A stretch of 64,000 bases of DNA from contig CAVRJO010000002.1 of the NCBI GenBank assembly GCA_963722255.1, positions 128,001 to 192,000 on the forward strand. Reading direction: 5' to 3'. The DNA comes from Candidatus Babeliales bacterium (GTDB lineage Bacteria > Babelota > Babeliae > Babelales > JANWKD01). The stretch's first letter is position 1. Each line of letters opens with the position of its first letter. Shown one piece after another: positions 32,859-42,588 of this stretch. Made by a program: the position numbers and the translations under genes. The notes under the pieces are model-generated. The model saw only the letters and a list, made by a program, of their open reading frames with translations. It was not told the DNA's origin and made no database searches.

Positions 32859-32938
32859 GTGCGGGATCTTTACTTTGCTCATTTTTTCATTATGCTCTAC
32901 AAAGAAATAGTAACTTTTTAAAAATGAGAGAAACACAT

Positions 32939-33481
32939 ATGAATAATAAAACCGTTTTAAGCTATTGCCTCGGTGCATGTTTAGTTATTGCAACTACCGG
33001 CTGCAATTGTCAAAAAGACGAAACCAAAAATGAATCAATCAATCAGTCACCTATAGAAACAACCCAAGAATCAACCACTAAACCTCAGGATCAAAGCATT
33101 ATGAATACACCACAACGCGTTACCACACCATCAGGCCTTATCTATGTAATTATCAAAGAATCAAAAAATGATAAAAAGCCAACAAAAGGTTCTAACGTTA
33201 CGGTTCATTACACCGGTTGGTTAGCCGATGCGCAAGGAAATGCACGCCTTGATAAAAAATTTGATAGCAGCCGCGATCGTAATCAGCCCTTTCAATTTAC
33301 AATCGGCGTTGGTAAAGTTATTAAAGGGTGGGATGAAGGCGTCATGGATATGAAGATTGGCGAAAGACGACTTTTAATTATCCCAGCTTCACTAGCCTAT
33401 GGTAATCGTGCGGTTGGTGGAGATCTTATACCTGCTAATTCAACACTTGTTTTTGACGTTGAACTCATTGACGTTAAATAA
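32939..33481 (+). CDS. FKBP-type peptidyl-prolyl isomerase (likely lipoprotein, Mip-like)
   Basis: VTVHYTGWL, FDSSRDR, VIKGWDEG, IPASLAYG, IPANSTLVFDVEL; TTGC lipobox-like. Confidence 0.93.
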   Translation: MNNKTVLSYCLGACLVIATTGCNCQKDETKNESINQSPIETTQESTTKPQDQSIMNTPQRVTTPSGLIYVIIKESKNDKKPTKGSNVTVHYTGWLADAQGNARLDKKFDSSRDRNQPFQFTIGVGKVIKGWDEGVMDMKIGERRLLIIPASLAYGNRAVGGDLIPANSTLVFDVELIDVK

Positions 33482-33568
33482 TTTATTATAAAAGAGTTGC
33501 GTGTTTTAGTGTGATCTTTGTATGCTACGGTTGCTTTTATAAACAATCTTGCATAAAGTGAGTTACCA

Positions 33569-34291
33569 ATGGCACGCAATCTTCTTTTTTTTATATGCAT
33601 ACTCGGCACTTTAGAATCTACCTATCTTAATGGCATGGAATCACCCGAAGACACTGAATCTATTTATTCAAAATGGATACTACTCTTAGAAGACGAAGAT
33701 TATCAAACCGATACTATCTTACCTTTAACAACAGTCGAAAAACAAATTCGTAATACATTAGAATGGACTATAAAAAAAGGTGGCCCACCGAAAATTATCA
33801 AAAAACTTGCACCTCCAGAATTACATCCAAAACTATTACGAAAAGCTCGTTCAAATTTTATACAGATTAATGGAAAAAAATTTGCACTTGAAACGGCGAT
33901 TTTACAAAATAATCTCAATTTTATAAAAGCTCTTCTTTCACAAACGGACGATAACTCTTTCAAGGCAATGGCATTTTCCTTTGCATTACTTCATGGCAAA
34001 CGCAAAACAGTGCAATTCCTTGCTCATACGACGCCAGAACTCATTAACCAAAGCACTATGTCTATAGTGTATGATTTGATTTCAAAAACCGTACAAGAAG
34101 AGTCTATTAGACCACTTAAATTACTCTTCAAAGACATTACTATTTTTGATCCTTTTCAACGTGAACGCATAATTATCTATGGACTACAAGAATCCGAAAA
34201 ATCTAATTTTACACGCGGAACGCTTTTTTTTAAAAAGCAACAACAAATAGCTGAAAAGACACAGGGTATTTTCATGAGAAATACCCTGTAA
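33569..34291 (+). CDS. Hypothetical exported protein with ankyrin-like helices
   Basis: Signal peptide ending LNG then ME; ALETAILQNNLNFIKALL and AFSFALLHGKRKTVQFL resemble degenerate ankyrin repeats. Confidence 0.6.
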   Translation: MARNLLFFICILGTLESTYLNGMESPEDTESIYSKWILLLEDEDYQTDTILPLTTVEKQIRNTLEWTIKKGGPPKIIKKLAPPELHPKLLRKARSNFIQINGKKFALETAILQNNLNFIKALLSQTDDNSFKAMAFSFALLHGKRKTVQFLAHTTPELINQSTMSIVYDLISKTVQEESIRPLKLLFKDITIFDPFQRERIIIYGLQESEKSNFTRGTLFFKKQQQIAEKTQGIFMRNTL

Positions 34292-34299
34292 ACTCATAC

Positions 34300-34327
34300 T
34301 TGACAATTCTTATAAATAGCATATAAT
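34300..34327 (+). promoter_or_regulatory. Consensus sigma70 promoter
   Basis: TTGACA-16 nt-TATAAT upstream of ORF 34380. Confidence 0.6.
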
Positions 34328-34379
34328 AATTACTAATATATAATTTTATTTGAAAATAATACTATTTTAGGGGTAATTT

Positions 34380-35003
34380 ATGAATTATAAGAAAGCTATT
34401 ATTGTACTAGGATTTGGTCTTTTAGCAGTACAATGTGAAAAGATACAAGGGATGGAGCAGGGACAAAACTCATACCTTAACGCTTTGCTCGGTAAATTTA
34501 CTCATACTATAAAACCAGAGTTCACTTTTAGGGCACAATTTTGTACTGAAACTGAAAAAATTCTTTCCATTATAAAAAATCATTTTTTAGTTGAAAGAAA
34601 TGAAGATCAAAATCAAATTTCTACTGATACTGATTATGCACCAGATGACAGTGAAATTAAACCTACAGAATATATTTGTACTGCATTTGATAATTTTGAT
34701 TTTACTAATTTTGTTTTTCAACTATATAATGCAGGGTACAATAACTCACATGATGCATTAAGAAAAGAAAACAATGAACTTGCACAAGCTAATGAAGAGC
34801 TAAATGCACAAAATATTCATTTAAATAATCGACTTCAAAAAAGATTTAAATACGCAGAAACAATTGAACAACCAGTGCTAAGAGAAACGATCAGAAATCC
34901 TAAAAAACCAAAATCATTATTTTGGAATAATGTGGGATTTATCGGTTTGGGTGCAGGAATTGCTAGCATAGGAATATGGTCTTATTTACATTTTACAAAG
35001 TAA
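34380..35003 (+). CDS. Hypothetical exported coiled-coil protein with C-terminal TM anchor
   Basis: Signal peptide ending IQG then ME; tail VGFIGLGAGIASIGIWSYLHFTK. Confidence 0.7.
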   Translation: MNYKKAIIVLGFGLLAVQCEKIQGMEQGQNSYLNALLGKFTHTIKPEFTFRAQFCTETEKILSIIKNHFLVERNEDQNQISTDTDYAPDDSEIKPTEYICTAFDNFDFTNFVFQLYNAGYNNSHDALRKENNELAQANEELNAQNIHLNNRLQKRFKYAETIEQPVLRETIRNPKKPKSLFWNNVGFIGLGAGIASIGIWSYLHFTK

Positions 35004-35081
35004 GTTAAAGATCATCATACAATGTTTTGCTTATTAATTTGAATACAATATAGGAATCAGACTAAATTTCAGTGAGAAGAA

Positions 35082-35181
35082 TGTCATCACAAGGGCCTCA
35101 AAGAGGTCCGTGGTGACCCAGTAATAAAAATAAAAAATGAACTATTTATCCACTGGGTTGCTTCGCAAGCTCGCAATGACA
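35082..35181. repeat. About 100-bp palindromic element (TGTCAT...ATGACA), copy 1
   Basis: First 48 bp match the reverse complement of the end of 49955-50049 with one mismatch; nested inverted repeats. Confidence 0.8.
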
Positions 35182-35445
35182 ATCTTAAATTTATTGTTCT
35201 CTAAAAGTATCTTTTTTGCATTGCTTTTTTATGCCTAGATCCCACCGTTTTCGCTTCGTTAAAACCTAAGGATGACATCTTGCCAAGGGAAGAATTATAA
35301 CTATCTCTCCGATAGTGCATCGTGCACCCGAAATCTTGAGGCAAAGCCTCAATGATGTGTGGTGCATATACGCACGGAAGAGGAATCCAAGGGAACATTG
35401 GTGTCCTTTTGGTTATTAGGTATTTTTGACATTCAAAATACTTAA

Positions 35446-36378
35446 TTATTTATTCTCTTTTATATATCTCTCAGCATCCAAAGCAGCCATACAACCAGCT
35501 CCAGCAGAAGTAATTGCTTGGCGATAGCGATAATCAGAAACATCACCGGCACCAAAAACACCAGGAACCGAGGTATGCGTATAATTTGTTAATTTTAAAT
35601 AACCATTTTTCTCTAACTCAAGCTGACCTTTAAAAAGTTCTGTAGCAGGATTTAATCCAATTGCAACAAACGCAGCACTCACCGTGATCTCTTTTTGCTC
35701 TTTTGTTTTTTGGTTAGTAATAACAACACTCGTTACATGCTTGCCATCACCCTTCATCTCAGTTACCGTGCTTTCATACATAATCTTAATTTTTGGATTA
35801 TTAACCACACGTTCTTGCATAGCTGCTGACGCCGTTAACTTATCTAAAATATGCACAAGAGTAATTTGATCGGTAAAATTAGTCATAAATGAAGCATCTT
35901 CCATTGCCGTGTCGCCACCACCAATAATAATAACCGGTTTGTCTTTATAAAATGCACCATCACAAACAGCACAGGTTGTAACACCCTTTCCCCAATACTG
36001 ATCTTCACCGGGACATCCAAGCCGCTTATATCGTGCTCCTGTAGCAATGATAACAGAATGCGTTTGCACTTCTGTATTATTTGAAAGAAACAGCGTAAAA
36101 GGTTTTTGTTTAAAATCAACACGAGTGACTGATGCTTGAAGTATACTACATCCCAATTGTTTCGCTTGTTCGCGCATGTCAATCATTAATTTGGGTCCTA
36201 AAATCGAACGCGTGCCGGGCCAATTTTCAACAAACGTTGTGCCCATAAGTTGCCCACCCGGTTCTTTTCCTTCAATAATAATAGGATTAAGATTAGCGCG
36301 TGCAGCATAAATGCCCGCAGTCAAACCAGCTGGTCCTGAACCGATAATAACAAGATTAGCAATTGAGTTCTCTTTCAT
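35446..36378 (-). CDS. trxB: Thioredoxin reductase
   Basis: IIGSGPAG, GGQL, CAVCDG, IGGGDTA, TSVPGVFGAGD. Confidence 0.96.
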   Translation of the reverse strand: MKENSIANLVIIGSGPAGLTAGIYAARANLNPIIIEGKEPGGQLMGTTFVENWPGTRSILGPKLMIDMREQAKQLGCSILQASVTRVDFKQKPFTLFLSNNTEVQTHSVIIATGARYKRLGCPGEDQYWGKGVTTCAVCDGAFYKDKPVIIIGGGDTAMEDASFMTNFTDQITLVHILDKLTASAAMQERVVNNPKIKIMYESTVTEMKGDGKHVTSVVITNQKTKEQKEITVSAAFVAIGLNPATELFKGQLELEKNGYLKLTNYTHTSVPGVFGAGDVSDYRYRQAITSAGAGCMAALDAERYIKENK

Positions 36379-36380
36379 AG

Positions 36381-37688
36381 CTATTTTTTCGTTAAATTAT
36401 GAATTATATGATTAAATGTCATCTCACGTAGGCCGCATTGTGCCAAAATTACTGCAGACGACAAAGGTATTTCTTGACCATCTAGTTTAGTAGTTGGAAG
36501 ATTAAAGTAAACAAATTCTTTTGTGCGTGGTCGATTTATTAAATTTAAATACCCTTTTAAATCATTGGGCCGTAACACGATGTTTTCATGAAACATAATT
36601 TGGTCGATCAACAACATCTCTTTTGCCTGTTTAAGTGCCAATTGACGAATCTGTTCTTTGAAATTAGGTTGTGTTTTATAGACTTGATAATCGGGATTTG
36701 CCGTTACTGCCTCTAGAACAATTTTTTGCTGTCGTAAAACTAACGAATTTGGCACATCAAAGGGTATTTTCGAAAGAAGCATTTTAAATGCTTCTTCAGC
36801 TATTGCTCTGCGCAATGACAAATCATTACGATATGAAAAAACTTCAATAAGTTTTTGATGAACTTCTTTATTAGATTTTAAACGAAAGTGGTGTTTAAAA
36901 TGGTCAAAAGAAAAAAAAGCGTGGTGAACAACGTCAACTATGTGAATATAAAAAAGACAATTCGTGTTTATAACCGTTGCAAAATATTCTTGAAAACATT
37001 TTTCATCGCTATAAAATAAATCATTTTTCTTTTTTCCGACAAAGACCTCTTGAAAGGGAATATCGGCTTCCTCATTACCAATTTTTAACCATAGATTTTC
37101 TTTATACTGAGCCAACGGATTTTTTGAATCTTCTTCAGTGAGTGCAATATCAAAACAGACCCAATCACCAATGCTCACTACATCAAAACCCTGATGCTTT
37201 TTCATATTGACCTGCTCATCTTTAATAAAAGATTCTACTTGCCGATCAATATCCTTATAATTTTTTCTTTTTGGTGCTTTAAAGGGCAACATCTTCCAAC
37301 GACTTACATCCATTGAAGGAACCAAGGAGAGTTCAAAATGAAATTCAGCATCATCTGAATCAAGAACTATATCATGCAAGCGCGGATCGCCGGCAATCAA
37401 CATTTTTTTAGAGAAAAGTTCTTTATACAAAAAACCTAAAACATAATATTTAAAAAGGAATTCTTTGACGTGATCGAGCAAACTCGCTTTATAATTTTGC
37501 TCAATATATTGAAGAGGAGTTGCACCCTTTGCAAATCCATACGTATGAATTTCGTTTTTTTGTGCAAGCGAAGCGTGCCGATAAACACTTGCAACAAAGA
37601 TTTTAGGTACTATAACAATTACTTTAGCGAAACTAGATTGAATATACTCAACCTGCAATTTTAGTGCTTCATTAATTGCCGGATTCAT
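36381..37688 (-). CDS. tig: Divergent trigger factor
   Basis: GFAKGATP (ribosome-binding GFRxGK-like), FKBP-like GD.V..D..., 435 aa. Confidence 0.65.
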   Translation of the reverse strand: MNPAINEALKLQVEYIQSSFAKVIVIVPKIFVASVYRHASLAQKNEIHTYGFAKGATPLQYIEQNYKASLLDHVKEFLFKYYVLGFLYKELFSKKMLIAGDPRLHDIVLDSDDAEFHFELSLVPSMDVSRWKMLPFKAPKRKNYKDIDRQVESFIKDEQVNMKKHQGFDVVSIGDWVCFDIALTEEDSKNPLAQYKENLWLKIGNEEADIPFQEVFVGKKKNDLFYSDEKCFQEYFATVINTNCLFYIHIVDVVHHAFFSFDHFKHHFRLKSNKEVHQKLIEVFSYRNDLSLRRAIAEEAFKMLLSKIPFDVPNSLVLRQQKIVLEAVTANPDYQVYKTQPNFKEQIRQLALKQAKEMLLIDQIMFHENIVLRPNDLKGYLNLINRPRTKEFVYFNLPTTKLDGQEIPLSSAVILAQCGLREMTFNHIIHNLTKK

Positions 37689-37736
37689 GGTACATCTCTC
37701 CTTTTTATTCTTTAATTGGCTGCTTCAGGTATAGTC

Positions 37737-37865
37737 GTCCAGCCTTCGTTTATCCGGGTCTTCAGACTCGGCAAACTTCGGCGGACAGCCTACTTCAATT
37801 TTCTATTAATATATTTCAATCCATTTGAAAATGGTGTAGCCAGCCGAAGCCTTGGCGTAGGCTGG
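37737..37865. repeat. Inverted hairpin doublet anchored on the CCA of tRNA-Leu(UAG)
   Basis: 37840-37865 reads CCAGCC-TAC-GCCAAGGC-TTC-GGCTGG on the tRNA strand; opposite-orientation copy at 37737-37786. Confidence 0.75.
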
Positions 37866-37949
37866 TGCAAGAGAAGGGACTCGAACCCCCACTCCCTTTC
37901 GGGAACTGGATCCTAAGTCCAGCGCGTCTACCAATTCCGCCACTCTTGC
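37863..37949 (-). tRNA. tRNA-Leu(UAG)
   Basis: GCAAGAGTGGCGGAATTGGTAGACGC...CT-TAG-GA...GGTTCGAGTCC...CACCA. Confidence 0.95.
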
Positions 37950-37972
37950 GTAATTCATTTCAAAGATTCGTT

Positions 37973-38146
37973 CCTACTTCGCTCCTTCGAGCTACAGGCT
38001 TTTCAAGTAGTCCATTCTTCGCTTTTAGCGTAAAACTTCGAAGTCTTATAAAGCTACGAAGGACAATCTTCGCTCCTTTTGTTGGCGTCAGCCAATCGTA
38101 GCCGTAGGTCCACTTCGTAGTAGCAACCCACGTAGGCGAAGATTGG
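37973..38146. repeat. Hairpin cluster anchored on the CCA of tRNA-Lys
   Basis: 38092-38146 reads CCAATC-TTC-GCC...GGC-TAC-GATTGG on the tRNA strand; opposite copies at 38010-38064 and 37973-37998. Confidence 0.7.
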
Positions 38147-38219
38147 TGGGCCGCATTGGAATCGAACCAATAACCTGCAGATTAAGAGTCTGTCGCTCTA
38201 CCAATTGAGCTAGCAGCCC
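38144..38219 (-). tRNA. tRNA-Lys(CUU)
   Basis: GGGCTGCTAGCTCAATTGGTAGAGC...CT-CTT-AA...GGTTCGATTCC...CACCA. Confidence 0.95.
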
Positions 38220-38290
38220 TCAACAAAAAATTTCAAAGCTTTCATAAACCACTACAAAAGTGTACCATATCGTAAAATAAAAAAAAGAGT

Positions 38291-38875
38291 TTAAACCGTT
38301 TTTATTTCATTTTCTTTTTTTTGAGCCATTTGCTCAACAACAAGAATAAACTTATCGGTAATTTTTTGTAAAACATCAGCAAGACGACGTCCATGATCCT
38401 CTGATATCTTTTTACTTTTTTCAGTATCTCTTACAAGATTATGAAAATCTTTTCGAACGTTTCTAATCGAAATACGTGCTTCTTCCAGCTTTTTATGTAA
38501 AATTTTTACTAATTCATCTCGTCGAGATGTAGATATTTCCGGAAGCCGAAGACGTATTAAATTTCCATCATTAAAAGGAGTTATTCCCAAATCAGAATTA
38601 GAAATTGCTTTTTCAATTTCAGGAATCAACGATTTGTCCCATGGCTCAATAACTAACATACGAGCTTCGGGCGCGGAAATAAGCGCAATTTCTTTTAATC
38701 CACGCAAGGTATCATAACAGTTTACCTTTATACTTTCCACTAAAGCCGGATGTGCTCTACCCGTTCTAATCGTTATTAATTCACGTTCAAAATGCTTAAC
38801 TGCTTTATCCATTTCGCTTTGTAAGGCAGTCTCAAACTCTTTAATATTACTGTCAGTTAATTTTAATTCTATCAT
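38291..38875 (-). CDS. frr: Ribosome recycling factor
   Basis: IRTGRA, IEPWD, RISIRNVR. Confidence 0.95.
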   Translation of the reverse strand: MIELKLTDSNIKEFETALQSEMDKAVKHFERELITIRTGRAHPALVESIKVNCYDTLRGLKEIALISAPEARMLVIEPWDKSLIPEIEKAISNSDLGITPFNDGNLIRLRLPEISTSRRDELVKILHKKLEEARISIRNVRKDFHNLVRDTEKSKKISEDHGRRLADVLQKITDKFILVVEQMAQKKENEIKTV

Positions 38876-38906
38876 ATGCCCATAATCCTCAATCGTTATA
38901 GTAGTA

Positions 38907-39620
38907 CTAAATATTTTCTACAATAGTTCCAAAATGCATATTTGTTGCAGCTTCAATAAGTGCATTATCCTTAAAAATATTAAAAACACGAATTTTCATT
39001 CCTGTATCTTTTGCTAATGCAAATGCCGTAGCATCAAGAATTTTTAAATTTTGCGCTAAAGCGTCTTGATAGCTTATTTGCTTTAATAAATGCGCATCAC
39101 TCACTTGTCGAGGATCAGCATCAAAAATACCGTCAACATTGGTTCCTTTCCAAACACAGTCAGCACCAATTTGTAAACCACGCACAATTGCTGTTGTATC
39201 AGTACTAAAAAACGGATTCCCCGTCCCACCAGCAAAGATAAGATAATCTCCACGATCAATGGCTTTTTTTATATTTTGCGCAGATGTTGCAATGCCAATT
39301 TCTGTTGAGGCCATTGCTGAAAATAAGGTTGTTGATAAACCTACTTGTTCAAAAAGGTCTTTTATAATCAATCCATTCATCAAGGTGGCAACCATACCAA
39401 CTTGATGCCCAACGGCAGGCGAAAGACCAAGCTGAACACCTTGTTTATTGCCTCGAAAAAAATTTCCGCCACCAATAACAATACCAAAATGATGCGTAGA
39501 CTGTAACTGAATCATTTGCTGAGCAATGTTTTTAACGAGAGATCCATCGAGCCTGCCCATCTGATTATTCTTAAGCAGTTCCCCTGTAAGTTTTAATAAA
39601 ATAATTTGTTTTGACTTCAT
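38907..39620 (-). CDS. pyrH: Uridylate kinase
   Basis: LLKLTGE, VIGGGNFFRG, GTGNPFFSTD, VDGIFDADP. Confidence 0.95.
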   Translation of the reverse strand: MKSKQIILLKLTGELLKNNQMGRLDGSLVKNIAQQMIQLQSTHHFGIVIGGGNFFRGNKQGVQLGLSPAVGHQVGMVATLMNGLIIKDLFEQVGLSTTLFSAMASTEIGIATSAQNIKKAIDRGDYLIFAGGTGNPFFSTDTTAIVRGLQIGADCVWKGTNVDGIFDADPRQVSDAHLLKQISYQDALAQNLKILDATAFALAKDTGMKIRVFNIFKDNALIEAATNMHFGTIVENI

Positions 39621-39646
39621 ATGATCTCAAGAGCTCACTGCTATGT

Positions 39647-40243
39647 TTAACTACCAATTTCAAAACGAGCAAAACGCTTGATTTTGATATTTTCACCCAA
39701 TTTGGCGATAAGATCTTTCAAGACATCATCAATGGTCATTTTATCATTTTTAACAAAAGGTTGTTGCATTAAGCAAATTTCTGTATATAATTTTGAGATT
39801 TTACCCTCAAGAATCTGTTCTACGATCTTTTCAGGCTTACCGGATGCAGCCAGTTGTTCTCTAAAAATTGAACGTTCTTTTTCAAGAAATGCTGAATCAA
39901 CCTCTTCAGGAGAAACATACTGAGGTTTCATCGCAGCAATGTGTAAACATATATCAGCAGCAAATTGCTTTAATGCATCGGTACGAGCAACAAAATCAGT
40001 TTCGCAATTAATCTCTAAAAGAACCCCAATTCGACTTCCGGGATGGATATAGGCATGTACAAGACCTTCAATGGTAACATTTCCAGATCTTTTAGCTGCA
40101 ATGGCCGCACCTTTTTTGCGCAAAAGTTCGATTGCTTTTTCAATATCGCCATTACTTTCTGTAAGAGCCTTTTTACAATCCATCATTCCTACGCCTGTTT
40201 TATCGCGTAGTTGCTGGATTAATTCCATCGTTATTGTTGACAT
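39647..40243 (-). CDS. tsf: Elongation factor Ts (short form)
   Basis: LRDKTGVGMMDCKKAL, EINCETDFVA. Confidence 0.97.
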   Translation of the reverse strand: MSTITMELIQQLRDKTGVGMMDCKKALTESNGDIEKAIELLRKKGAAIAAKRSGNVTIEGLVHAYIHPGSRIGVLLEINCETDFVARTDALKQFAADICLHIAAMKPQYVSPEEVDSAFLEKERSIFREQLAASGKPEKIVEQILEGKISKLYTEICLMQQPFVKNDKMTIDDVLKDLIAKLGENIKIKRFARFEIGS

Positions 40244-40324
40244 AAGAAACTCCTAAAAATTATCATTAATAAATTTTCTATAGTTTCTAGTTTGCCAAAA
40301 CTATTGTATTTATCAATATTAAGG

Positions 40325-41230
40325 TTAGTAAGACAGAAGTGCCTGAAGCTTAGAACAATCGGCTTCAATTCTTTTAATATCACCCGGTCTGACTGGTTGA
40401 AATATAATCTCTTGATTATACTGTGGAAATTCATGCTGAAGCTTATGAACCACCTCTAAAAGAGTAACACTTTTGCCGGATGCTACATTAACTATTTCAC
40501 CGGAGACTTTCTCAGCTGACAACATACCAACAGCCATATTTGCTTCAACTACCGTATGAACCGACACAAAATCGCGGCTTTGCAAACCATCGCCATAGAG
40601 TATAATCGGTTTATTATGCCTCATATTATAGTTAAATCGAGCAATTGCTGCAGCATAAGCTCCTAATGCATCCTGACGTTCTCCATAAACATTAAAATAT
40701 CTCAAACAAACCGTCTCAAGATTAAAAAAAGTTGTATAATTTTTACACAACTCTTCACCTATTTTTTTTGAAACTCCGTAAATTGAAGTAGGATTACAGG
40801 GAAGATTTTCTGTGCATCGCCCCTCCCGCTCTCCGTAGACTGCTGATGAGGATGAAAAAACAAATCGTTTAACCTTATGACTTAAGGCCGCCTGCAAAAG
40901 AGTATAGGTTCCTTGAACATTCACCGTATAGGAATATAACGGATCTTCCATTGATTGAGGAACTGAGGTTTGAGCTGCGCAATGAAAAACTATATGTTGG
41001 TTTTGTAATGCACGATTACACGTTTGCCTATCGGTTATTGAACCCCCAATAAGCGTTATTCTATCAGCAACCGAAGCAAGATTTGCTAGAGTCCCTGTTG
41101 AAAAATCATCAAGCACCGTTACAAGTGCGCCAGCAGCAATTAAAGCTTCAACCAGATGTGAGCCAATAAATCCTGCACCACCGGTCACCAGAACCTTACA
41201 ATTGGTATATGATGAAGAGAAATGATTCAT
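40325..41230 (-). CDS. NAD-dependent nucleotide-sugar epimerase/dehydratase
   Basis: GGAGFIGS, SSSAVYG, YxxxK (YGVSK), LRYFNVYG, RDFV. Confidence 0.92.
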   Translation of the reverse strand: MNHFSSSYTNCKVLVTGGAGFIGSHLVEALIAAGALVTVLDDFSTGTLANLASVADRITLIGGSITDRQTCNRALQNQHIVFHCAAQTSVPQSMEDPLYSYTVNVQGTYTLLQAALSHKVKRFVFSSSSAVYGEREGRCTENLPCNPTSIYGVSKKIGEELCKNYTTFFNLETVCLRYFNVYGERQDALGAYAAAIARFNYNMRHNKPIILYGDGLQSRDFVSVHTVVEANMAVGMLSAEKVSGEIVNVASGKSVTLLEVVHKLQHEFPQYNQEIIFQPVRPGDIKRIEADCSKLQALLSY

Positions 41231-42588
41231 GATAACTCCTTGTGATTACTATATTCGGGCATTGAAACAAAATAGTCCTTTTTTGCGGGCACAACAACAA
41301 GTTCTTCTGCAACTTTTTTACCATCTAATACTGCTTCTTGCATACTTGAATATTTCCATGCACCGTATCTTCCAATAGAATGCACATCCTCCTGATGCAA
41401 TCTGCCAAGCAACTTAGAAAGATTTTTTTCTCGCCAAAAATCGTATATTACGTATGCATGCGGTATTTCTATTATTTTCTCAGTCATGATGTCAGATTCA
41501 TTGATAGTAAAAAGTCTCTTAGTTAACTGCAAAGCTTCTTTCAAGGTTCGATCTTTATAGCTTTTCGATTTTTTTATAGAAGAAAATTCTCCATATAAAG
41601 AGCTACATCCTTGTGGCACTGTTGCTTGAGAAAAATTATGAGGGAACCCAATTCTATAAAAGGGATACTTTGATTCAGGAAAATATATCCAGTGTTTATC
41701 AGAAAGGTCAGCTCGGTTAACGCCAATATTGAAATTAACGACTGAATTACACAAAAGATTTTGGCTTTGTTGCTTTAAGGCGCATGAAGATTTTTCTCGT
41801 AACCGATTTAATAAATGATCTAAAGGAATAGTTGAAATCAAGCTATCATATTTTTCATATTCTCCATTTGAAAAAATTACGACTTTGGATCTAAGATCTA
41901 TAGTTTCAACCTCATACCCCTTTTTGATAGGATTTTGTAATGTTTGAGCTATTTTATCAACCCAGAAAAAAATTCCACCCTGTTTTGGATAATAAAAATG
42001 GGCATTATAGCCAACACCTACTTGTCGTGCAGGATCTAAAACTGCTCCTTGAATCATTTGAGTAAGCGAAGTTGATGGTACAAAGCGGCCCGTCCAGGAT
42101 GAAGTTATTTTTTTAATATCATACGCAAATATCTTTTTTTGATAAGGGAAAAAAAAGTGCTGCGCAATTCCTTTGCCAAAATATGACAATGCCCATTCAT
42201 AAAATGAGGCTTTCGGTTTTGTTTTTTTTCGAGCAACAAAACCTTCAATGCATTCGGCAATCACATGAGGCGGCAGCCCATACAAATTGATTTGAAAAGG
42301 ATAATGTGAATAAACATCATGCGAATAGATAAACGAACGTCTATGGACACTTTCAAAGTTTTCAAAACCGACAACATTAGTAATCAATGATTGAAAATAT
42401 CCATCATTAACGTGTAATAAATGGCCCGTGTAATCAAAGGTAAATCCATCTTGAATGATTGTCCTGCACAATCCTCCAATGGTCTCATCTCGTTCAAATA
42501 TTTTGTAATCAAAAAAACCTTTTTTTTCTAAATGATAAGCGGTTGATATTCCTGTTAGCCCCGCTCCAAGTATTACTATTTTTGCCAT
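41227..42588 (-). CDS. FAD-dependent oxidoreductase (UDP-galactopyranose mutase-like/HemY-like)
   Basis: GAGLTG, GGLCRT, GFTFDYTGH, GRYGAWKY; coupled to the epimerase. Confidence 0.75.
   Translation of the reverse strand: MAKIVILGAGLTGISTAYHLEKKGFFDYKIFERDETIGGLCRTIIQDGFTFDYTGHLLHVNDGYFQSLITNVVGFENFESVHRRSFIYSHDVYSHYPFQINLYGLPPHVIAECIEGFVARKKTKPKASFYEWALSYFGKGIAQHFFFPYQKKIFAYDIKKITSSWTGRFVPSTSLTQMIQGAVLDPARQVGVGYNAHFYYPKQGGIFFWVDKIAQTLQNPIKKGYEVETIDLRSKVVIFSNGEYEKYDSLISTIPLDHLLNRLREKSSCALKQQSQNLLCNSVVNFNIGVNRADLSDKHWIYFPESKYPFYRIGFPHNFSQATVPQGCSSLYGEFSSIKKSKSYKDRTLKEALQLTKRLFTINESDIMTEKIIEIPHAYVIYDFWREKNLSKLLGRLHQEDVHSIGRYGAWKYSSMQEAVLDGKKVAEELVVVPAKKDYFVSMPEYSNHKELS

Noticed and set aside
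35201..35398. 65-aa ORF downstream of trxB
   Set aside because: It lies over hairpin/repeat DNA with no recognisable protein features
37840..37865. tRNA-adjacent hairpins as plain Rho-independent terminators
   Set aside because: They include the CCA itself, share a fixed internal loop, mostly lack U-tracts and have inverted partner copies
37716..38101. Short ORFs 37716-37916 and 37865-38101
   Set aside because: They overlap tRNA-Leu antisense and the hairpin repeats
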